Below, piece after piece: positions 11,501 to 20,428 of a DNA stretch of 64,000 bases. Source of the DNA: an uncultured Candidatus Berkelbacteria bacterium (GTDB lineage Bacteria > Patescibacteriota > UBA1384 > CAILIB01); the NCBI GenBank assembly GCA_903834195.1, contig CAILIB010000020.1:14084-78083 (forward strand), given 5' to 3'. The translations under genes were made by a program, and so were the position numbers. The notes beneath the pieces are model-generated. The model was not told where the DNA came from. It ran no database searches and saw nothing but the letters and a program-made list of their open reading frames with translations. Each line of letters opens with the position of its first letter. Within the stretch, counting starts at the first letter, position 1.

Positions 11501-11731
11501 GGTGTAGACACGATCAAAGAGAAGGTTACTCCGGTAACTGTACCTACAGCAGTTAATCAGACCATCCGACTTGAGATTCAAAATGAGAAAGTGACCGAAA
11601 CAACAAAGAAGAAATTCAGTTTCGATGCTACAGGTGATGCTCCAACCTGTTCAAACTGTGGCGGAATGACTAAGCGAAATGGTGCCTGCCACGTCTGTCT
11701 CGACTGTGGTGAAACAAGCGGTTGTTCCTAG
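8540..11731 (+). CDS. nrdJ: Class II (B12-dependent) ribonucleotide reductase
   Basis: CSACFI, NPCSEY, IAPTGT, GAISKTVN, YRDGSK; C-terminal TSCPD domain and CxxC...CxxC..GCS tail. Confidence 0.97.
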   Translation: MPTSSTPLVHRFFTTPDVEPFDMVDWEKRNSKIINEKGTTIFELKDAEIPAEWTQLATDIVVSKYFRKAGVPETGNEVSVRQVIYRIARSIREAGESFGNYFTSKEEADAFEKELTYILVTQRGAFNSPVWFNCGLYQRYGIEGTHGNWYWDFDNNKINQLEHNYVRPQCSACFIQGVSDDLMDMFDLLKAEATLFKYGSGTGTNFSNIRGRGEMLSGGGSSSGLLSFLKVFDAAAGSIKSGGTTRRAAKMVCLDIDHPEIMDFINWKVTEEKKVAALVAGGYSSDFNGDAYGTVTAQNSNNSVRVTDEFMKAVAEDGTWNTIARTTGGVMSTLRAREIWDALGKAAWQCADPGVQYDTTVNDWHTCSNTDRINASNPCSEYMFLDNSACNLASINLIKFLDDEGHFDIEAYRQAIRILFVAQDILVDFSSYPTKMIGQNSHDYRPLGLGYANIGTLLMCKGIAYDSPEAFAITGALTAILTGHAYVVSSEMAALKGPFNGYAKNKQPMIRVMKKHRDASYQISEEFCPENLLLAAQEDWEEAVRLGEINGYRNAQATVIAPTGTIGLLMDCDTTSIEPDFALVKFKKLAGGGHFKIVNQSVPTALANLGYSQKEIDDIITYAVGTGSLSDAPFINRDSLMARGITSEDIAKVEKLLPSTFELAHTFNGMNISEASLVGADLPADSFSNPSFDFLKAIGFTAKEIEEANKFVCGMMTVEGAPHLKEEHLPIFDCANKCGKYGTRFIEPMGHVRIMAAAQPFISGAISKTVNLPNEATVDEIKDIYLQGWKLGLKAIAMYRDGSKLSQPLNSAGTKDKDADKNEEVKEVGIKPAAEIASAPVGVRRRLADERESVTHKFSIAGHEGFITVGLYEDGTPGEIFIRMSKMGSVLAGLMDSFAISISIGLQYQVPLEVLVNKFSHVRFEPSGMTTNPNIRIAKSIVDYVFRWMGMKFLDLDSQLQIGYNNMPKAMESEVDDITGSSATLTIGVDTIKEKVTPVTVPTAVNQTIRLEIQNEKVTETTKKKFSFDATGDAPTCSNCGGMTKRNGACHVCLDCGETSGCS

Positions 11732-11745
11732 ACCTAGCACATTGA

Positions 11746-11782
11746 CGATAGAGCCCTGTACAATAAGGGCTCTATCTCTTTT
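11746..11782 (+). terminator. Intrinsic terminator after nrdJ
   Basis: GATAGAGCCCT...AGGGCTCTATC then TCTTTT. Confidence 0.75.
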
Positions 11783-11791
11783 ATATTCATC

Positions 11792-14563
11792 ATGTCTGAA
11801 CACGCACTTACCTCTGAACAACTGGCGGCCGTCACCCACAAGGACGGTCCTTGTTTAGTAGTTGCCGGTGCTGGTACTGGAAAAACTACAGTAATTACAC
11901 AACGGATTGCACATTTAATTCAGGAACATGGCGTAACTCCTGATCAAGTTCTTGCGTTAACATTTACTGACAAGGCTGCTGGCGAAATGCAGGGGAGACT
12001 AGATGAGCTATTGCCATACGGAACATTCATTACAACTTCTACATTTCATGGCTTTTGTAATGATTTAATTCGTCGGCACGCCTATCGAATTGGAATTAAT
12101 CCAGAAGCTCGCCTTATAACTGAAGCTGATCAGACGGCAATATTGCGCGAGTACATTGAGCAACTACCACTTCGGCACTATCGTCGAACCTACAATCCAA
12201 CTCCACTTTTAAAGCAGATCGCCCACTATATTGAAAATGCCAAAGAAGCTCAGCTACAACCTGAGCAACTTATCACACATGCTGAAAATGCTATTAAAAA
12301 TGCATTTGATGAGGCTGAAGCTGAGTCTGCTGAACAGTATTTGGAATTAGCTCAATGCTACAAGGTTGCTGCACAGCTCTACGAAAAACTCGAGGTGCTA
12401 ACCTACGCAGATCTTTTAAGACATACCCGAGACATCCTTCAAAGTTCGGCTTCAGTTCGAAAAAAGGAGCAGGATCGTTTTCAGTATCTTTTAATCGACG
12501 AGTATCAAGACACAAACAGTATTCAGGCTGAAATTGCCTATTTACTTGCAGGTGATCGTGCCAATTTATTTGTTGTAGGGGATGATGATCAAGCAATTTA
12601 CCGTTTTCGTGGTGCCAACGTAAAGAATATTCTCGATTTCAAAGAGCGCTTTCCAAACGCGGTAGTAGTAACGCTTACCGAAAACTACCGATCGACCCAG
12701 CCAATTTTGGATGCTGCATATAAACTGATTCAGAATAATAACCCCCACCGGCTTGAGACCTACCTCAACATTAGTAAGAAACTAAACTCCAACAAAGAGG
12801 GTACTGTAGAGCCGATTTATCTACACCACAGCACTGGCGCACATGAGGCAGAAAATGTTGCGAGTGAAATTGAACGACTCATAACTTCTGGTGAATTTGC
12901 TGCAACAGATATTGCCATCATCGCTCGTTCTCACAACCAACTTGATCCTTTTGAAGAAGAGCTTCAAACGCTAAAGGTTCCAATAAATCGAATTAAGGAA
13001 GGCAATTTCTATCAAGAACCAAGTGTAGTACAAGCTTTGGCATATTTACGCTTTCTGAGTGCACCTCAAAATAGTGAGAATCTTTTTCACTTACTCACCG
13101 GTGAGCCTTTTAGCATTGCAGGGGAAGACGTAATTAACTGGAATGTAAGTGCGCGTAAAAATCACCTCAGTCTCTGGGATACGCTCAATAAACCTGATTC
13201 AGATCTGTCAGAATCACTAAGTTTTGCAGTTCAATTCTACAAAAGTGCACTCCACGAGCATGCGTCTGATACGCCATCCACTGCCTTACGACTCTATATT
13301 CACGAATCTAAGTGGCAGACTAAACTTGTTGATGCCGGCGAGGAACGTGCAGCAATTCACCTCATGAGCTTATACAATCAGGCACGTACATTTCAGCTAC
13401 TTCACCAGCCAACCAGTGTAGCTAGTTTTGTTGACCACTGTGATCGACTCATTTCCAGTGGAGAGAATATTAATGTTCAGTCAGAAGTTGATACAGCTCG
13501 AGAAGGGGTTACGCTTATCACTGCCCACAGTAGCAAAGGTCTCGAGTTCCCAGTGGTTTTTGTAGTTAACATGGTCATGCGCCGCTTTCCACTCCAAATT
13601 AACGGGGGAGATCTAAAGCTTCCTGCAGAATTAATTACACCACTTAAGGATAATGTTCCTCACGAAGAAGAACGTCGGCTCGCATATGTCGCGTTCACAC
13701 GTGCAAAAGAACTTCTTTATATAACTGATGCTGAGCGCTACGGAGCTAATAAGACTACTTCAAAAGCCTCGCCATTTATTGCTGAATCTTTAGGAATTGA
13801 TATGCCGCCTGAATTTGCCGATCAACCCCTGCGAAGCATTGCGTTTACTACTCAAGATACACCTGATACACGTGAACCTCTTCGTTTTCCTAGCCAGTTA
13901 AGCGCATCGGCACTAGAAGCTTTCGACAGTAATCCTGCCCGTTTTTACGAACAGTACGTCATGCAGATTATTCCTGAGGATCTGGTTGCAATCGAGTTTG
14001 GTAATGCTGTGCACAATACACTTCGTGACGTTCTCAACGCGCGACGTGAGCATATTTCATTAGATATCGTAAAAACGTTTACTCAGTACTGGGTAGGTGA
14101 AGGATATATTACTGCGGAGATTCGCGATGAGGAGTTCAAAGAGGGTGTAGACATGGTAGTCCGATATTTAGAAATGCTCGGTACAGACTACTGCCCACCG
14201 TTAATAGAAGAAACTCTCAGTTTACGTCTACCAAATGGATTCCGCGTTGTAGGAAAGGTAGATTGTATTGAAGATACTGGAAGTGGTCACTTACGTATTG
14301 TGGATTACAAAACCGGCAGTAAAAGCGCGAAGGAATCTGATGTACGAGACAATCTGCCACTTGCCATTTATGCTGCAGCACTTACCCAACAAGGAAAAGT
14401 TGTCGATGAAGTATGTCTTCGATACTTACGCACAGGAAGTCATCCAAACTTCAAAATTACCCAAAGTTTTATAGATACAAAGGTTACATACACCGAGGAA
14501 CTCGTAGAACGGATTCGTTCTGCCTATAAGATGCGACAGTTTCCGGATACTGGAAAGTTCTAG
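11792..14563 (+). CDS. UvrD/PcrA-type SF1 helicase fused to C-terminal PD-(D/E)XK nuclease
   Basis: AGAGTGKT, DEYQD, GDDDQAIYRFRGA, ENYRS, HSSKGLEF, EERRL.YVA.TRA; nuclease GKVD...IVDYKTG. Confidence 0.92.
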   Translation: MSEHALTSEQLAAVTHKDGPCLVVAGAGTGKTTVITQRIAHLIQEHGVTPDQVLALTFTDKAAGEMQGRLDELLPYGTFITTSTFHGFCNDLIRRHAYRIGINPEARLITEADQTAILREYIEQLPLRHYRRTYNPTPLLKQIAHYIENAKEAQLQPEQLITHAENAIKNAFDEAEAESAEQYLELAQCYKVAAQLYEKLEVLTYADLLRHTRDILQSSASVRKKEQDRFQYLLIDEYQDTNSIQAEIAYLLAGDRANLFVVGDDDQAIYRFRGANVKNILDFKERFPNAVVVTLTENYRSTQPILDAAYKLIQNNNPHRLETYLNISKKLNSNKEGTVEPIYLHHSTGAHEAENVASEIERLITSGEFAATDIAIIARSHNQLDPFEEELQTLKVPINRIKEGNFYQEPSVVQALAYLRFLSAPQNSENLFHLLTGEPFSIAGEDVINWNVSARKNHLSLWDTLNKPDSDLSESLSFAVQFYKSALHEHASDTPSTALRLYIHESKWQTKLVDAGEERAAIHLMSLYNQARTFQLLHQPTSVASFVDHCDRLISSGENINVQSEVDTAREGVTLITAHSSKGLEFPVVFVVNMVMRRFPLQINGGDLKLPAELITPLKDNVPHEEERRLAYVAFTRAKELLYITDAERYGANKTTSKASPFIAESLGIDMPPEFADQPLRSIAFTTQDTPDTREPLRFPSQLSASALEAFDSNPARFYEQYVMQIIPEDLVAIEFGNAVHNTLRDVLNARREHISLDIVKTFTQYWVGEGYITAEIRDEEFKEGVDMVVRYLEMLGTDYCPPLIEETLSLRLPNGFRVVGKVDCIEDTGSGHLRIVDYKTGSKSAKESDVRDNLPLAIYAAALTQQGKVVDEVCLRYLRTGSHPNFKITQSFIDTKVTYTEELVERIRSAYKMRQFPDTGKF

Positions 14564-14605
14564 TAAGGACCTGGCGTGTACGGAGAATGTTTGGTATAGT
14601 CATTA

Positions 14606-14770
14606 TATGCACAAATTAAAAGTCGCCTCACGGTAGGAATCATGCGTAAGTGCACCTACGGTGCACGTTCGATACTTTTAATTTGCGCATACACCTCCTT
14701 TCCTTAACAGGAGTCGCCTCACAGCTTGAACCATGCATACGTGCACCTACGGTGCACGTTCGATACTCCT
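14606..14770. repeat. Tandem duplicated structured element (two 56-nt cores, 91-nt period)
   Basis: Cores 14621-14676 and 14712-14767 are 49/56 identical; closing stems covary (AAAAGT/ACTTTT vs AGGAGT/ACTCCT); both contain hairpin GTGCACC-TAC-GGTGCAC. Confidence 0.85.
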
Positions 14771-14818
14771 TCAAGCGAACTAATAAACACACAATATACC
14801 CAAGTTAGTACTCCCTAA

Positions 14819-15859
14819 ATGGATATAATCCTTGCTCTCACAACACTAATTTTTGCTGCGGCACTTGTTTTTGTTGTGCTCAAACAAAAGCCAAAAGTTT
14901 CTCCAGAGCAACAACAGATGGAGTTGCAGGCGATAATTCAACAAAGTACCCAGCAACAACTTCAGACAATCTTACTCCAGCTAAACCAGCACCAGAGTGT
15001 TCAACAGAACAGCGCTACACAACTTCATAACCGCGTAGCTGAAACTGGTAAGGTGGTGTACGAACTCCAGAGCAAATTAACTGCTCTAGAAGAAGGGAAT
15101 AAACGCATCCTCGACATGAGTAAGGGGATTACCGATTTGCAAAATATTCTCCAGGCACCAAAACTTCGTGGCGAACGTGGTGAAATGTGGCTTGAAGAAC
15201 TACTTGCACAGATGATTCCGCGCAACCGTTTCAAGATGCAACATCATTTCAAAAGCGGTGAGATTTGTGATGCGGTAATCATGCTACGTGATGACCTCAT
15301 TCTCCCAATTGATTCAAAGTTTTCGCTAGAAAACTTCAAGAAAATGATTGCCTGTGAAGATAAAACTGAGCAAAAGGTATACGAGAAGAACTTTAATACC
15401 GACATCAAAAAGCGCATTGATGAAATTGCCAAGAAATACATCCTGCCAGCCGAGGGAACGCTCAGTTTTGCATTTATGTATATTCCAGCTGAAAACGTGT
15501 ATTACCAGGCTTTTGTTGAGGACACTGCCAATAACAATCTTCAGCGTTACGCCTTCGATAAACACGTAATCCCGGTTTCACCGAATTCAATTTATCCATA
15601 TCTTGAAATCATGATGTTCGGTTTGCGCGGGCTTGAAATTGAAAAAGGTGCCCATCAGGTTCAACAAAGCTTATCCGGTATACAGAAAGAATTAGGTAAA
15701 TTTGAGGAAGATTACCGCAAAGTTGGAGTTCACCTAAAGAACGCTCAGGGCAGTTTCGACACAAGTGATAAGCGACTCTCAAACATTCAAAACAAACTAG
15801 AAACTATTGGTGCTAAAGATACGCCAGAAAACCTCTTAACTGCGGAGATTATCGAATGA
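14819..15859 (+). CDS. rmuC: DNA recombination protein RmuC
   Basis: N-terminal TM, coiled coil, RG..GE..LE, PIDSKF, HVIPVSP motifs. Confidence 0.92.
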   Translation: MDIILALTTLIFAAALVFVVLKQKPKVSPEQQQMELQAIIQQSTQQQLQTILLQLNQHQSVQQNSATQLHNRVAETGKVVYELQSKLTALEEGNKRILDMSKGITDLQNILQAPKLRGERGEMWLEELLAQMIPRNRFKMQHHFKSGEICDAVIMLRDDLILPIDSKFSLENFKKMIACEDKTEQKVYEKNFNTDIKKRIDEIAKKYILPAEGTLSFAFMYIPAENVYYQAFVEDTANNNLQRYAFDKHVIPVSPNSIYPYLEIMMFGLRGLEIEKGAHQVQQSLSGIQKELGKFEEDYRKVGVHLKNAQGSFDTSDKRLSNIQNKLETIGAKDTPENLLTAEIIE

Positions 15860-16818
15860 CAACATGGACCGTTCAACCAGGGGAAGAGGATCGCTTAGAT
15901 CGCTTTATTAGTCAGCGCGTAGAGATTTCGCGCGCAATTGTTCAGAAGCAAATTGAAGAGGGGTTTGTAACAGTAAACAACACTGTTCACACAAGTTCAA
16001 AGTTAAAGGTGCTCGAAGGAACAGTTATAACTTTTGTTGACCCAATCGAGCCACCAGCGTTTCCAATCGGGGAGTCAGTTGCGATTGATTGTATCTATGA
16101 AGATGCCGATCTTCTCGTAGTTAACAAGCCGAGCGGAATGATTGTACATCCAAATAACAGTGAGGAAACCGGCACACTCGTTCATGCGCTCATCGCAAAG
16201 TACCCTGAAATTACCAAGGCTATTTACGATCCCGAAAATCCAGTCAGTCGACTACGTCCTGGTATAGTTCACCGTCTTGATAAAGATACGTGCGGACTTA
16301 TGGTCGTTGCAAAAACAGAAGCTGCACTTTTGAATTTAGCGGGACAATTCCACGAGCACACTGTCGATAAAACCTATCGTACTCTGTTATACGGCAATAT
16401 GGTTGACCCTCGCACAGTTGATGCCCCAATTCAACGTAAAGGTGGTCAAGATAAGAATAGGATGCGCGCCAGCCACGACTCATCACAGGGACGTTTTGCT
16501 GTTTCGCATTTCAAACCACTCGAAGTATTTGCCCCATACGCCAAGTGGCCTGAAGAAATGGTTACACTAACTGAAGTGCGGATTGAAACTGGTCGCACAC
16601 ATCAAATTCGCGTTCATGCCAAGTTTATTGGTCACCCTGTCATGGGAGATACTCTGTATGGGAACAAGCCTTCTATTAAACTGAGTGAAAAAATTGGTGC
16701 CACACATCAGTTATTGCAGTCGTGCGCACTTAGCTTTACCCATCCAACCACAGGCAAACGCATGTCTTTTGCACTTGAAACAACGCCGTGGCTTGAAGGT
16801 ATTCGGTCAGCCGAATAA
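15856..16818 (+). CDS. rluD: RluA/RluD family pseudouridine synthase
   Basis: S4-like N-terminus RLDRF, VNKP.G..VHP, HRLDKDT.GL, TGRTHQIRVH. Confidence 0.88.
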   Translation: MTTWTVQPGEEDRLDRFISQRVEISRAIVQKQIEEGFVTVNNTVHTSSKLKVLEGTVITFVDPIEPPAFPIGESVAIDCIYEDADLLVVNKPSGMIVHPNNSEETGTLVHALIAKYPEITKAIYDPENPVSRLRPGIVHRLDKDTCGLMVVAKTEAALLNLAGQFHEHTVDKTYRTLLYGNMVDPRTVDAPIQRKGGQDKNRMRASHDSSQGRFAVSHFKPLEVFAPYAKWPEEMVTLTEVRIETGRTHQIRVHAKFIGHPVMGDTLYGNKPSIKLSEKIGATHQLLQSCALSFTHPTTGKRMSFALETTPWLEGIRSAE

Positions 16819-16853
16819 CAGAAAAGAGCGCCAGGATTACCTGGCGCAGAAAC

Positions 16854-17633
16854 TCACGTACGTAGCATGTTGAATACCGACATTAGATATTCATCGCAAG
16901 CATCAAGATCAATACCTCCTCCAGGTTTTTGTATTTTTCCCTGTGCATCTGTGCCAAATTCGATGCCAGAACTTCGTAAAACACCTAAGCTTGGTACTGT
17001 TTCAGCACACAGACCTCCTGAAAGCACTACATCGATTGGTTGATATCGTACTATTTCCAATATCGGAGATAGCACTTTAATATCAAGTAAGGTGCCGGTT
17101 CCAATACTCGGATCGAGAATTACGCTATTTATGAGCTCGCCATCAATATATGGCTTCAGCAATTCATAAATGTGGATTGGATCCTCACGCAGCAGATCAG
17201 GACCAACGGAAAGTATCACATACGCATTTGGATACGTACAGCGTAACCAATAGAGATTATCAATACTTGGCCAGGTCAAATTGAATTGAAAGCCACCCAA
17301 TCCATCGCCGGCGATTGCATTGATTCGTTGAATGTCAGTCCGAAATTCCTCGGGCATATCGGTGTGAAAATGAATGAGCGGCAGTGCACCCAATTCACAT
17401 GCGGTAGAAACGAGTTTTGAGACTGCCGTCATAGGTGGGAAACTGTGTGGATGCTTATTCGACATTCCACGTACGGTTTTTGACGAGATTAATATTCCAG
17501 CCATAAACACAAATTCTTTGTGATTTTCAGCTCTGAGAAATTGGGACTGAATCATTCTGAATGACATTGCTGCACTACGAATTTCAGCTGGATTCATAAA
17601 TCCAGTAATGCCGATGGTTCTATACTTTTTCAT
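16854..17633 (-). CDS. Hypothetical TIM-barrel protein, TrpF (PRAI)-like
   Basis: IGITG start, LDPS.GTG, LSGGL.AE.V and DAQGK resemble PRAI-family motifs; has its own terminator at 16821-16847. Confidence 0.5.
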   Translation of the reverse strand: MKKYRTIGITGFMNPAEIRSAAMSFRMIQSQFLRAENHKEFVFMAGILISSKTVRGMSNKHPHSFPPMTAVSKLVSTACELGALPLIHFHTDMPEEFRTDIQRINAIAGDGLGGFQFNLTWPSIDNLYWLRCTYPNAYVILSVGPDLLREDPIHIYELLKPYIDGELINSVILDPSIGTGTLLDIKVLSPILEIVRYQPIDVVLSGGLCAETVPSLGVLRSSGIEFGTDAQGKIQKPGGGIDLDACDEYLMSVFNMLRT

Positions 17634-17751
17634 ATGGTACCTTGCTGAAGCTTCAGCCCTCAGAGCATAAAAAAATCAACCCAAATCATCTAGACAAAAT
17701 TATTTGACTCAATTTTTTTGTACATTCTGCTACTCTGGAAAAAAGAAGATT

Positions 17752-18420
17752 ATGCATGCAATTCAATCACACATTCTTTCACGACTGATCGAGCAATCTC
17801 CACGGCGATTTAGCGAACTTAAACCTCAGGAAACCGAGAGTAACCTTTTCATGTACCACTTGGGCAAGCTAATTCAACAGGGGACAATCGAAAAAAGTGA
17901 AGGAATCTATACATTAACACCGGCTGGTAAACAACTAATTGACCAACTAAGCAGTATTGACCTCAAACCCCGTATCCAACCTAAGGTGCTTACAGATATC
18001 ATTTGTCGCAACGAAGCAGGGGAATGGCTACTTTTCCAACGCTCACGAGAGCCATTTCGTGGCATGATTGGTTTTCCATCAGGGAAAATTCACCTTGGCG
18101 AATCAATGCTGGAAGCTGCCACGAGAGAACTGCAATCCCAGACTGGATATATTGCCACGTTACTGCATTACGGAAACGCATATATGACGACGTATCAGAA
18201 TAATGTGCTCAATCAACATGTACTCACACACGTTTTCTTGGGAGAAATCACAGGTGGAGAGAAACTTGAAAAAAACCATCTTGGACATTGTTTCTGGGCA
18301 AAACTTGATCAGCTTGATCTGCACCAACCACAGTACTTTCCAGGTTTAGCGGTATTGGTGGAAGAAGTTAATAAGGCACACACTACTCAGTTCTTTAACG
18401 AGTACACGTTTAACCTTTGA
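17752..18420 (+). CDS. Winged-HTH + NUDIX domain protein
   Basis: N-terminal FSEL...SNLF.YHL..L...G.I wHTH; Nudix box GKIHLGESMLEAATREL; start at ATG 17752. Confidence 0.8.
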   Translation: MHAIQSHILSRLIEQSPRRFSELKPQETESNLFMYHLGKLIQQGTIEKSEGIYTLTPAGKQLIDQLSSIDLKPRIQPKVLTDIICRNEAGEWLLFQRSREPFRGMIGFPSGKIHLGESMLEAATRELQSQTGYIATLLHYGNAYMTTYQNNVLNQHVLTHVFLGEITGGEKLEKNHLGHCFWAKLDQLDLHQPQYFPGLAVLVEEVNKAHTTQFFNEYTFNL

Positions 18421-18483
18421 CAGTTTATTCTCGGCACTGTAGTCTACATATACAGGGGCTGCGCCTCTTTTTTTATACTTCAT

Positions 18484-19146
18484 ATGTCTACTCCAGCAAA
18501 CAGCCGAACTCGGGTTACAATTTCTCTTACCAAAGAAGTTGCACAGATGATCGATGAAACCATTGATGGTATTCGTATTCGCAATCGATCACATGCAATT
18601 GAAACGCTTGTAAGTGAAAGTTTGCATGTTGCTCAGCTTCGTCAGGCAGTTATTTTAGCTGGGGGAGATCAGGCAATCAAACGAATACCTGCCATTCAAC
18701 AGATACTTCGTACTCTGGCTGAAAATGGGATCTTTGAAGCTACAATTGCGGTTGGGTATTTAGGAGATCAACTCAAGGAAAAACTTGGAACCGGGGAAAG
18801 TCTCGGCATGCGAATCTCATATGTACGCTCTGATTTGGGAACTGGTGGTGCATTACTTCAACTCAAGAATCAGCTCAAACACACCTTTCTCGTTGCCAAC
18901 ATTGATCGACCTGTAGAGTTTGATCTGAAAAATTTGATTAAGTTTCACCGAGAACATGCTCCACTTGTTACAATTGCCACACGCTCTCTCACCGAACTCA
19001 CTGGCATCTACGTTATGGAACCAAAACTATTCGCATTTATTCCACCTGGATTCTGTATGCTAGAAGACACCGTATTCCATGAGATGACAAAACAAGGTAA
19101 GCTGTTACCGTACCCGATATTAAAAGATTATTCCGAAAAGCATTAG
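18484..19146 (+). CDS. Ribbon-helix-helix + degenerate nucleotidyltransferase-like domain protein
   Basis: RVTISL...NRSHAIE RHH; QAVILAGG, VGYL, LGTGGAL NTP-transferase-like motifs. Confidence 0.75.
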   Translation: MSTPANSRTRVTISLTKEVAQMIDETIDGIRIRNRSHAIETLVSESLHVAQLRQAVILAGGDQAIKRIPAIQQILRTLAENGIFEATIAVGYLGDQLKEKLGTGESLGMRISYVRSDLGTGGALLQLKNQLKHTFLVANIDRPVEFDLKNLIKFHREHAPLVTIATRSLTELTGIYVMEPKLFAFIPPGFCMLEDTVFHEMTKQGKLLPYPILKDYSEKH

Positions 19147-19150
19147 CCCT

Positions 19151-20416
19151 ATGCGACAAAAACTCTGGATCACATTCGCCTGTATCATTCTCCTCGCCAT
19201 TGGTGCAACCTATGTAGCACTTCCGCAAACCACATTTATCAAGGGTATTAACCGTGATGTTACGCTTCGGCAAGGACTCGATCTTAAAGGTGGTGTTCAC
19301 CTGGAATACGAAGCTGATACCTCAAAAGTTTCAGGTAGTACTGATGCTGCCATGGAAGGCGTTCGAAGTGTGTTCGAGAATCGTGTTAACGCACTTGGTG
19401 TAACTGAACCAGATATTCGTATCGGTAATACTGCCAACAAGCCAAGTATTATCATTGACCTACCTGGAGTAAGTGATGTTGATAAGGCAAAGCAAATCTT
19501 AGGTGCCACTGCAAAACTCGAATTTAAAGATGGAAATGGAACTGTTGTTCTCGAAGGAAAAGATATTATTCCTGATCAAACCGTTGCACAACCACAACAG
19601 TCTGCAAGTACAAGCGGATTAGCTTCTGCGAGTAGTTGGGAAGTAGATATTGTCCTAACCGATGATGGCAAAACTAAGTTTGCCACGGCCACTACTGCTA
19701 ATGTAAACAAACAAATTGGTATCTTCCTTGACGATATTCTTATCTCAGCACCTACGGTAAACCAGCCTATTACCGACGGAAAAGCAGTTATTACCGGTAA
19801 TTTCACTGCGCAAGCTGCACGTGATTTTGCCCTTAAACTTAAGAGTGGTGCATTACCAGTACCTGTTACCCTCGTGCAAGAACAGTCAGTTGGCGCAAGT
19901 CTGGGTGCAGATGCAATTAGCGCAAGTCTTCTCGCTGGCGTGATCGGAATTGTGCTCATCCTAATCTTCATGATTGCCTACTACCGTTTCTGCGGTCTCC
20001 TGGCAAGTTTCGCACTTGTTCTCTACTCTATCCTCAATATTGCACTCTATAAGCTTTTACCCGTCACTATGACGCTTGCTGGTATTGCTGGTTTCATTAT
20101 TTCAATCGGTATTGCTGTGGATACCAACGTGCTTACATTTGAGCGTCTAAAAGAAGAACTCCGCAGTGGTAAACCAGTTCCAGTAGCTGTACAAGAGTCA
20201 TTCCGCCGAGCCTGGACGAGTATTCGTGATTCACACATTGCCGGACTTATTTCAGCAAGTATCATCTTCTTATTTGCAAGCGGATCCGTTCGAGGTTTCG
20301 CACTTGTACTGATTATTGGTACCTTACTTAGTCTTTTCTCAGCTATTACTGTTACCCGTAACTGGATGCTCCTTGTGGCTGGAAGTCGCCGCCTGCAGCG
20401 TTTCCTCAACTTGTAA
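19151..20416 (+). CDS. secD: Protein translocase subunit SecD
   Basis: GLDLKGG, RVN.LGV.EP, SGALPV, IAVD.NV..FER.KEE. Confidence 0.97.
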   Translation: MRQKLWITFACIILLAIGATYVALPQTTFIKGINRDVTLRQGLDLKGGVHLEYEADTSKVSGSTDAAMEGVRSVFENRVNALGVTEPDIRIGNTANKPSIIIDLPGVSDVDKAKQILGATAKLEFKDGNGTVVLEGKDIIPDQTVAQPQQSASTSGLASASSWEVDIVLTDDGKTKFATATTANVNKQIGIFLDDILISAPTVNQPITDGKAVITGNFTAQAARDFALKLKSGALPVPVTLVQEQSVGASLGADAISASLLAGVIGIVLILIFMIAYYRFCGLLASFALVLYSILNIALYKLLPVTMTLAGIAGFIISIGIAVDTNVLTFERLKEELRSGKPVPVAVQESFRRAWTSIRDSHIAGLISASIIFLFASGSVRGFALVLIIGTLLSLFSAITVTRNWMLLVAGSRRLQRFLNL

Positions 20417-20428
20417 GCACACACTCTT

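Noticed and set aside
8540-11731. Intein or intron in nrdJ
   Set aside because: Motifs are continuous, with no C/S...HN splice signature or LAGLIDADG motif.
14606-14770. CRISPR array or hammerhead-type ribozyme
   Set aside because: Only two long units, no cas genes, and no CUGANGA/GAAA core on either strand.
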